Origin: an uncultured Candidatus Saccharibacteria bacterium
GTDB taxonomy: Bacteria > Patescibacteriota > Dojkabacteria > B142 > JAFGMG01
Length of the DNA: 64,000 nucleotides
Direction of reading: 5' to 3'
NCBI GenBank assembly: GCA_964391325.1
Contig: CAYMJM010000001.1
Coordinates: 1,438 to 65,437 of the forward strand
Shown here: positions 57,207-64,000 of the stretch, one piece after another
How the letters are laid out: every line of letters begins with the position of its first letter
Position numbering within the stretch: position 1 is the first letter of the stretch
Made by a program: the position numbers and the translations under genes
The notes under the pieces: model-generated
The model's input: only the letters and a program-made list of their open reading frames with translations
What the model was told of the DNA's origin: nothing
The model's database searches: none

Positions 57207-58202
57207 TTAGGTACCAAAATATTCTGAGATTTTTTTCCTGGTAAGTGCTAATGCTTCATAGGGGTCATCTGTATCTAATGTGGCACCGGAAGCTGAGTCG
57301 TGCCCTCCACCCCCTAACAGTTCAGCAACTTTTCGCACATTTTGACCATTCATCCTTGATCTAAAGGATACTTTGCATTCTTTGGCATCACTATCAGGAT
57401 TCACTAAGAACCCCCAATTATACCCTTCTCTACCTAGCAAAATATCAATGATTAGATTCTTCAGTATATCCATTTGTGTAGAATTGAGACCAAGCAGATC
57501 ATATACATCTTTAGTAATGTAGCTGTAGGAGTATTTCAGCTGCTCATCAAACTTAAGATTGTTTATAATTACCTTAGCTGCGTTAAGTACAGGTTCATCG
57601 TACGATTTAATTTTTTCGGCTATTTCTGACGCTACAGCACCATTCTCAATTAACTTCGCTACAATTTCGAAAGTATTCTTATTAACTGTCTTGGTAGAAA
57701 AGCCATTTGTATCATCGTAGATCCCTGCTAGAAGCGCTTTTGCTGTCTGAACGCTAAAGTCTACATGCTCCTGGAATAGCTCAAAGACGATCTCACTAGT
57801 CGAAGGATAATTCTTACGAACATATAAAACTGCTTCCAAATCAGATTCGTAGATGTGATGATCTATTACAACTACTTTTTGTTCTGGCTGTAGAGGAAAG
57901 TCTCCTTTTGTTATTCTAGATTTTCTGTTTGCGTCGAGCACTATTATTAAGTCAAATTTCTGCGTAAAAACAGAATCTGATAAATTGGCTTGAATGATCC
58001 TCTTAGTACCTTCTAAAAATGAATAAGCGTGAGGGGGTGAGTCCTCTACAGCCATAGTTATCTCTTTATCTTTAAATCCTTTAAGAATCCAATATAGTCC
58101 GACCATAGATCCAATAGCATCAAAATCATGGTTAAGATGCGTGGTAAGCAATATATTAGCTGATTGATTAATGGTCTCTATTAATTCTTTACTTTCTTGC
58201 AT
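57207..58202 (-). CDS. DHH/DHHA1 phosphoesterase (NrnA-like oligoribonuclease / pAp phosphatase)
   Basis: DHH motifs (HLNHDFDAIGS; DHH at about 115), DHHA1 GGGGH. Confidence 0.75.
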   Translation of the reverse strand: MQESKELIETINQSANILLTTHLNHDFDAIGSMVGLYWILKGFKDKEITMAVEDSPPHAYSFLEGTKRIIQANLSDSVFTQKFDLIIVLDANRKSRITKGDFPLQPEQKVVVIDHHIYESDLEAVLYVRKNYPSTSEIVFELFQEHVDFSVQTAKALLAGIYDDTNGFSTKTVNKNTFEIVAKLIENGAVASEIAEKIKSYDEPVLNAAKVIINNLKFDEQLKYSYSYITKDVYDLLGLNSTQMDILKNLIIDILLGREGYNWGFLVNPDSDAKECKVSFRSRMNGQNVRKVAELLGGGGHDSASGATLDTDDPYEALALTRKKISEYFGT

Positions 58203-58203
58203 C

Positions 58204-59595
58204 TTATTTGTTTAAATTATTAGAAACCCAATTAAAAATTTCAGGTACGCTAATTCTTTGCTGCTCCATGGTGTCTCGATCTCTTATCGTGACTGTATTG
58301 TCGTCTAAGGAGCTGTAATCAACAGTGATACACCACGGTGTGCCGATTTCATCCTGTCGTCTGTACATCTTTCCTATATTTCCAGCATCGTCGTATTCGC
58401 ATGAAAAATTTTGACTTAAGTCATTATAGATTTTTCGTGCGAGGCTTTGTAGTTTTTCATCTTTTTGCAATGGAAACACTGCAACCTGTACTGGGGCAAT
58501 ATTTTTAGGAAACTTTAAAACAACTCGAGATTTTCCATTTTCCAGGGACTCCTCAGTATAAGCAGCATACATTGTAACTAAAACTGCTCTTGCCAGACCA
58601 AAAGAAGGCTCCAGTATGTGAGGAATATACTCTCTATTTGTTTTAGGGTCTTTATATGTTAAGCTCTTACCGCTTTTTTGTGAATGTGCTTGTAAATCAA
58701 AATCGACCCTATGTGCTAGTCCCGCTATCTCCGCCCAGCCAAAATCAAACTTGTACTCTGGATCGTAAGTTCGCTTTGAGTAATGTGATAGCTCCTCTTC
58801 TTCATGCTGTCTAAATCTTAAATCCTCTTCTCTTGCCCCTAAATTTAGATAAAAATTTTTCATATCTTCAAGCCATGTGTTCATAAGTTTTTCCCAATCT
58901 GCTTGCGGATCAATAAAGTACTCTATTTCCATTTGTTCTGTTTCAATTGTGCGAAAGATAAACTGTCCTTTTGTAATCTCATTTCGAAAGGCCTTTCCCA
59001 CTTGGGCTATACCAAATGGAATACGCATGCGCACAGTATTTAAGACATTTTTAAAGTTAATAAATATTGACTGAGCAGTTTCTGGTCTTAGGTAAGCAAG
59101 ATCTTCTTCATTTTTATCAAAGCCTGCATGGGTTTCAAACATTTGATTAAATAATTTAGGGCCAGCTAACTCATTTCCTTCTGGGCTCTTAATATCATTT
59201 TTTTCTATAAATTCCTTCATCTCTTCTAAATTCAGTGATTCCACTTTGATCTCCTGGTTATTTTTTTTTGCAAATGCCTGTATTAAATGATCTGCTCTAT
59301 ACCTTTTGTGAGTTACTTTATCTTCAACTAGAGCCTCATTAAAGCTATCTGTGTGACCCGAAGCCTCCCAGACTTCTTTTTGCATCAAAATCGCTCCATC
59401 TAGCCCTATAATCTCCTCTCTTTGAGTTACAAATGTCTTCCACCATAGGTCTGCTATATTCTTTTTAAGCTGAGTTCCGTACGGTCCATAATCGTAATTA
59501 TTAGCGAATCCTCCATAGATATCCGAAGTCTGATATACAAACCCTCTTCTTTTTGCCCAAGCTACTATTTTTTCCAGAGTAACTTGATTTAACAT
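58204..59595 (-). CDS. glyQS: glycine--tRNA ligase (alpha2 dimeric type)
   Basis: 463 aa, class II aaRS motifs, N-terminal YQTSDIYGGFANNYDYGPYG typical of GlyRS. Confidence 0.9.
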   Translation of the reverse strand: MLNQVTLEKIVAWAKRRGFVYQTSDIYGGFANNYDYGPYGTQLKKNIADLWWKTFVTQREEIIGLDGAILMQKEVWEASGHTDSFNEALVEDKVTHKRYRADHLIQAFAKKNNQEIKVESLNLEEMKEFIEKNDIKSPEGNELAGPKLFNQMFETHAGFDKNEEDLAYLRPETAQSIFINFKNVLNTVRMRIPFGIAQVGKAFRNEITKGQFIFRTIETEQMEIEYFIDPQADWEKLMNTWLEDMKNFYLNLGAREEDLRFRQHEEEELSHYSKRTYDPEYKFDFGWAEIAGLAHRVDFDLQAHSQKSGKSLTYKDPKTNREYIPHILEPSFGLARAVLVTMYAAYTEESLENGKSRVVLKFPKNIAPVQVAVFPLQKDEKLQSLARKIYNDLSQNFSCEYDDAGNIGKMYRRQDEIGTPWCITVDYSSLDDNTVTIRDRDTMEQQRISVPEIFNWVSNNLNK

Positions 59596-59975
59596 TTTTA
59601 ATCAGTAATAAATATTCTAATGTTAGGGTGAATTACCATCCTATGAGAGTAAAAAGTCCCTTATATAATCTAACACAGACCACTGCATTTAGGCTAGATA
59701 ATATAAGGGACCCAGTTAATCAATTAGACTCCTCGTAATCTTTGATGCTCAACTAAAATTGTTTCAATTAAGCATCACATGTCGACGATAGTGAATTGAA
59801 CGGGCGGTTCCACCCTACTTTCCATTCTCGCTAGAGTGTCACTTTGGAGCGAACAATGGACAAGCCCTATAATAATAGGACGACTTTTGAACGATATTAA
59901 ATTGTCTCCAATACTTTTGCTGATTTTCACTGTAACTCAGCTCACTTAATAAATTCTAGCACAAGCTAGGATCAG
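59596..59975 (-). promoter_or_regulatory. T-box-like leader (glycine-specific candidate) with expanded antiterminator and downstream intrinsic-terminator hairpin
   Basis: On the minus strand: AAAGUAGGGUGGAACCGCCCG (complement of 59801-59820) against the T-box consensus AAUUAGGGUGGNACCGCG; UGGA would pair with the UCCA 3' end of tRNA-Gly (discriminator U); terminator GGGUCCCUUAUAU-loop-AUAUAAGGGAC-UUUUU (59651-59715) overlaps the predicted antiterminator 3' strand. Confidence 0.55.
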
Positions 59976-59978
59976 GAA

Positions 59979-60746
59979 TCAATCGAAGACCGTTCTCGCC
60001 TCTGATGGAATACCTCGAATGAGCTCAGGGTGTTTAGATTTTATCTCTTTGAATATAGCAGATGGCTGAAGCATTAAATTTTTCTTTGTAATCATATCCA
60101 TCAATATATCAGGATCTTTCTCATATTCCTGCATCAGCATTTCTAACTTTTGAGTTGCCTGCTTGTTATCAAAATTTTTATAATACCCCCCGAGTTCTTT
60201 GATAATTATTAGAGCTGTCTCTTCTATCCCTAGCTCTGACGTGTCTATTATCAAATTATATTTTTTATTGATCAATTTTTCATCAAAAATATCTACGTTG
60301 AATCTCTTTGTCCAGTCTCGTCTTAAAACGTGATCACGCTTTTCAATATCCTCTTTTCGCTTGTCTAATTTACTTCTTTGAGATCTAGCCTTCAAAGATG
60401 CCTTTATAAAAATTTTAAAAATATTATTACTTTTTATTAAAAATCCTGCTGTTTTCCCTTCGAGCAAGGTGCGTCTTGTCGATTTTATTTTCAAGGCGAT
60501 ATAGTTTTCCCAAATATAGTCCCAGACTTCGTGGTATTTTTCAGCCCACAAATTAATCTCATTTGTCTTTGGGTCATACCCCATTTTCTCTATCCAATAT
60601 TTTAGGACTCCCCCGGCGTAGATGTAATTCATATCTAGAATTAAAACAAGCAATCTGGCCTGCGTTGACCCACCAGAAGAAGGCCATCCAGAAACTATGA
60701 TGTTAGAGTTTTCTAATTTATTCTTTTTGTTGTGCGATATGTTCAT
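59979..60746 (-). CDS. P-loop nucleotide/nucleoside kinase-like protein (cytidylate-kinase-like fold)
   Basis: N-terminal IIVSGWPSSGGSTQARLL P-loop; rest is helical and Lys-rich. Confidence 0.45.
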   Translation of the reverse strand: MNISHNKKNKLENSNIIVSGWPSSGGSTQARLLVLILDMNYIYAGGVLKYWIEKMGYDPKTNEINLWAEKYHEVWDYIWENYIALKIKSTRRTLLEGKTAGFLIKSNNIFKIFIKASLKARSQRSKLDKRKEDIEKRDHVLRRDWTKRFNVDIFDEKLINKKYNLIIDTSELGIEETALIIIKELGGYYKNFDNKQATQKLEMLMQEYEKDPDILMDMITKKNLMLQPSAIFKEIKSKHPELIRGIPSEARTVFD

Positions 60747-61410
60747 CGTGAAGGACTTTCTTTAACAATTGATAAGATTTTAATTCCTTTTCTAAGATAT
60801 TTAGAATTTGATTATAGACATAATTATCTAACATATCGATATCCTTTGTCGTTGTTGTAAGTTTTTTCACTTGATCAAAGTCAGTGTTTTTAAGAAACTG
60901 AATGATTTTATAAAGTCTTTGCTGTTGTAGGGTATGAGTGCTTCGCTTCTCAGGTACACGTAAAAATCCTGATTTATCAAGGAGTTTTACTTCAAATCCT
61001 ATGACTAGATTGCTAATTTGAGCAATATCATTACTAATTAAATCTAGAGTTTCTAGCACTGATCGCAGATCTTCATATAGGTCTTCGCCTAGCCCTGGGT
61101 CAGAATAGAATTTATTGATCAATTGTAGAATAAAGGAAACTGAAGCAATTTTAAGCATAGACTTTTTGTTATTTTGATAGGAATTCAACAGTTTGACCTC
61201 AGTGATTATGTCAAATGTCCTTCCACGAGCAAGACTGAAGCTGGCTCTATTTGCTAGATCTATTGAAGCTGACTTTCTAGACTTTGGCTTTCTGACACCT
61301 TTAGCAATGGCATTAATTCTTCCCTTCCCTTTCGATAACAAAGTAATTATTTTATCTGCTTCTGAAAAGTCTCTGAAATTGACTATTATTGCTTCTTGCG
61401 TATATATCAT
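60718..61410 (-). CDS. recO: DNA repair protein RecO
   Basis: N-terminal OB fold EAIIVNFRDFSEADKIITLLSKGKGRINAIAKGVRK, length 230 aa. Confidence 0.75.
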   Translation of the reverse strand: MIYTQEAIIVNFRDFSEADKIITLLSKGKGRINAIAKGVRKPKSRKSASIDLANRASFSLARGRTFDIITEVKLLNSYQNNKKSMLKIASVSFILQLINKFYSDPGLGEDLYEDLRSVLETLDLISNDIAQISNLVIGFEVKLLDKSGFLRVPEKRSTHTLQQQRLYKIIQFLKNTDFDQVKKLTTTTKDIDMLDNYVYNQILNILEKELKSYQLLKKVLHDEHIAQQKE

Positions 61411-61440
61411 ACTTAATTCTAACTCACACAGGGTAATAAA

Positions 61441-61472
61441 AAAAGCCCGCCAAAGGCAGGCCTTTTCATTTC
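61441..61472 (-). terminator. rho-independent terminator
   Basis: GCCTGCC-TTTG-GCGGGC hairpin followed by a U-run on the minus strand, directly after the large surface-protein gene. Confidence 0.55.
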
Positions 61473-61480
61473 AGTAGTTA

Positions 61481-64000
61481 TTAAGGATTTGGCGTAAATC
61501 TCACATCATTACCTCCACCTGAGATAACTCGAATGAAGTAACCTTGTTTTTCCAATAAGTTGAAGTCATTTCCGAAAAGAATATCTCCCTCATACACAAC
61601 ATTTGTGTAGAGGCTGCTATCATATTTTGATACTGTATCAGCTGTGATTCCTTTAGATTTCATATCTTTTAGCAAATTTTCAGCTGTATATTGCTTTTCA
61701 TTGGTATAAACCCCAACTAAGTTCCATCCGTTGCTTACCCTGAAAGGCACAGGTTCGTCAAACCTGTTTCCCTGTAAATTTACAGTTGCTACTTGATAGT
61801 TTAAGACGAAGTATCCCTGTCCGGGTATTATATTAAAATCATTCGAGTATTCGATATCGCCTTCTCTTTTTGTATACATCTGAAATCCAGAGTCTGTGTA
61901 TCTGGCTATGTGCTTAATATCCGCACCTTGTTCATTAAAATGATCTATCAATTTACTTGCGGTATCAATACTCTGATTAGAAATAACTGGAAATGCTATC
62001 AAGCTCCAGCCGAGATTCAAATTATACGTGGCGACCTCAGATTCTTTTTTTATTTGAAGCTGGGTGTAGTCGATAAAGTATTCCTCGTCTGCATCTTTTA
62101 TACCATTTGCGTTAGCATCGATAAATAGTCTGATTTCAGCTTTTTGAGAGCCTTCGAGGTTTACAGCTACTTCCGAAATAGATTGTTCAAAAGTATCGTC
62201 TGTATATATCTTATAAAAACCTGATTCCCCTACCTCCAGCTTGGCATCGCTATCTCCTAGCACCTGAGTGGATGCCACGGATACCACTGAGTCTTTTGGT
62301 TCTGGATTATACCCCTGATCTGGCAAAGGAGAATCCGAAAAAGGATTGCATGCAGGACCGTTAGTATTGGCCAGGTTACTTCTGTCCTCTTCACACTGAC
62401 CATCACCATCTGCATCTCTGATCCTTATGAGCTCTGTTGGGCTCCCGTTATTGTAATATAGTCTACCAATATAAGCTCTCTGGTTACATTCTTTCCATTC
62501 GCATTGTCTACTTTCAGGTAGCATACTAGGCATATTAAATTCCCTTCTGTCCTTGCACTCGTATCTTCTGTCTGTTACTACTACTTCGCTTAAATCCAGT
62601 GGATTACATATAAGTTCGCCAGTATCAGATAAAGAGGTATTCTTTACTATACGAAGGGTACCTTCATGGCAAATCAGTAAATTTAGTGGTAAATAAATGC
62701 CACTTTCCTCAACCTTACACATGTTTACGGGAGAGTTAATCGACTGACTTGGTGTGCTTGCACTGCCCGTTTCTGGCACAACATTCCCAGACCCGTCATC
62801 TAGAGGTGGGCTGTTGCTACCAGTCTGACTGGAACCGGTAGATGGAGGTTGACTGCTAGACTGTCCTGTGTCTGATGCAGGTGTCTCTGTAGCAGATTTT
62901 TCTCCGCACCAGCAGTATGCATCATTTTTATAGGCCCCCCATGATAAACCACAGGCAGAATTTGACCCTGGTTCTCCACTGCGGCACCTGTCCGCGGCTA
63001 TACAACCCACATTGTGAAAATATAAATAGCCTGGAGCGCACTTTTTGCTAGAACTCTGCTCTTGAGTCTGTGCTGCAGGTTGAGTCTGACCCTGTGTCTG
63101 TCCTTGGTTCTTTTTAACACAATCCTCTCGCTCGAAACAGTTTCCATACTGGGCGTAGTGCTGCCATTGCCCGTCGACACATTGATACATTAAGCAATCA
63201 CTTTGCGAGTTACAGTGAAAGGACTCATCCTCTGCCCAACCATGGCATTTATTCCCGGCTGACACAGTTGGAATGAGGGAGCTATAAGATGTTTTAACTA
63301 TTTCTCGTTCGACTATAAACTGATCAGCAGGTTTGTCGTATTGAGGATTAATATCATAGGTTAAACTACTGCCATTCTCATTCATTACCGTAAATTGCTC
63401 GATATCAGTTTCTTCATTGATCTCTAGATATTTCTGAAGGGCCACATCCTTTAGGGTATTTACATCTAAACTCCACGTAGCTTTCTCAGAAATATAATTT
63501 GATATGACTTGGCTTTTGATTGCGCCATCTTTATCTTTTACAACCATCTTTACAATAGCCTCTTTAGGTAAGGAGTCATCTGGATACTTTACATTTCCGT
63601 AAGCTGGATCAGGTAGTCTGAGCTCCTCTGTAACAGTGGGGGTGGTAAAGGAAACAAGTTTATTATCAAAAGCATCTTTATCTGTCGTTCCTAGTCCGCT
63701 TGCAATCCTAAATTGGTACTCAGTTTCTGGCTTTAAGGCTCTTACAGTAACATGATGCGTCCTACGCTCCTGGGAGCCAGACTCTTTTAATACATACATC
63801 CCTTCATTATTTTGCACCATATCTCTGTCATCATGGAAAGCTTCCAGACCGCGTTTAGACAAAACAGGTAATTTAGACCATGTGCCTTCTGATTTCTCGC
63901 GGACATAGACAATTCCTTCGCTTGGCTCATCGGTGTACCAGGTTATGGTAACACCTGAATCTGTAAGATTTGTGATATCAATATATTTGGGGGATACTGT
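61481..64000 (-). CDS. large secreted/cell-surface protein (FN3-like N-terminal modules, Cys-rich core, S/T/P/Q-rich linker, two C-terminal about 100-aa repeats); 5' end lies beyond the window
   Basis: ORF is open to the window edge with no stop upstream of 63862; FN3-like GVTITWYTDEPSEGIVYV and ETEYQFRIASG; low-complexity QGQTQGQTQ / SSQPPSTGSSQTGS; repeated GNDFN(I/L)...QGYF blocks. Confidence 0.6.
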   Translation of the reverse strand, partial: TVSPKYIDITNLTDSGVTITWYTDEPSEGIVYVREKSEGTWSKLPVLSKRGLEAFHDDRDMVQNNEGMYVLKESGSQERRTHHVTVRALKPETEYQFRIASGLGTTDKDAFDNKLVSFTTPTVTEELRLPDPAYGNVKYPDDSLPKEAIVKMVVKDKDGAIKSQVISNYISEKATWSLDVNTLKDVALQKYLEINEETDIEQFTVMNENGSSLTYDINPQYDKPADQFIVEREIVKTSYSSLIPTVSAGNKCHGWAEDESFHCNSQSDCLMYQCVDGQWQHYAQYGNCFEREDCVKKNQGQTQGQTQPAAQTQEQSSSKKCAPGYLYFHNVGCIAADRCRSGEPGSNSACGLSWGAYKNDAYCWCGEKSATETPASDTGQSSSQPPSTGSSQTGSNSPPLDDGSGNVVPETGSASTPSQSINSPVNMCKVEESGIYLPLNLLICHEGTLRIVKNTSLSDTGELICNPLDLSEVVVTDRRYECKDRREFNMPSMLPESRQCEWKECNQRAYIGRLYYNNGSPTELIRIRDADGDGQCEEDRSNLANTNGPACNPFSDSPLPDQGYNPEPKDSVVSVASTQVLGDSDAKLEVGESGFYKIYTDDTFEQSISEVAVNLEGSQKAEIRLFIDANANGIKDADEEYFIDYTQLQIKKESEVATYNLNLGWSLIAFPVISNQSIDTASKLIDHFNEQGADIKHIARYTDSGFQMYTKREGDIEYSNDFNIIPGQGYFVLNYQVATVNLQGNRFDEPVPFRVSNGWNLVGVYTNEKQYTAENLLKDMKSKGITADTVSKYDSSLYTNVVYEGDILFGNDFNLLEKQGYFIRVISGGGNDVRFTPNP

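Noticed and set aside
59641-59760. Possible RNase P RNA in the glyQS upstream region (AAAAGTCCC ... AAGGGAC)
   Set aside because: There is no GGAAAGUCCGGGCUCC P4 motif and no ACAGAACCCGGCUUA 3' motif. The AGTCCC/GGGAC pair is better explained as the terminator hairpin of the T-box-like leader.
1-64000. CRISPR arrays, integrases and transposases
   Set aside because: No regularly spaced direct repeats, and no ORF with tyrosine/serine recombinase or DDE transposase motifs, were seen. The only repeats are the two palindromic elements and the tRNA-Gly 5' duplication.

Overview
This 64-kb window reads as a low-GC (roughly mid-30s %), densely packed, small-genome bacterial chromosome segment. It is almost entirely housekeeping genes, with the loosely organised, shuffled gene order typical of Patescibacteria/CPR-like or other reduced genomes; that assignment is an inference, not a result. 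I recognise the following groups:
- Cell division and envelope: ftsE, ftsX, ftsW, murG, mraY, the murT/gatD lipid II amidation pair, and galU.
- DNA repair and replication: uvrB, uvrC, dnaE, recO, class II RNR nrdJ, a UvrD-helicase/nuclease fusion, and a DnaQ-exonuclease/GIY-YIG fusion.
- Translation: prfB, rpsT, tgt, rsmA, and glyQS.
- Stress: the hrcA-grpE-dnaK operon preceded by CIRCE-like repeats, sodA, and a BdbC/DsbB homologue.
- tRNAs: five genes, namely Phe-GAA, Val-TAC, Gly-GCC, Thr-CGT and Gly-CCC.

The observations I think deserve a second look are these:
- A three-gene operon (49374-51808) encoding a LysW-like zinc-ribbon carrier protein, an enlarged ATP-grasp ligase and a cytoplasmic NlpC/P60 cysteine hydrolase. 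This looks like an uncharacterised peptide or amino-acid tagging and de-tagging module.
- A T-box-like leader with an unusually expanded antiterminator upstream of glyQS.
- A 5'-half copy of tRNA-Gly(GCC) carrying a 78-nt two-hairpin insertion, immediately upstream of the intact tRNA.
- A structured ~100-nt palindromic repeat present in two inverted copies about 26 kb apart.
- A tRNA-bracketed segment containing a Fic-like protein with a degenerate active-site motif.

No CRISPR array, integrase or transposase was recognised.
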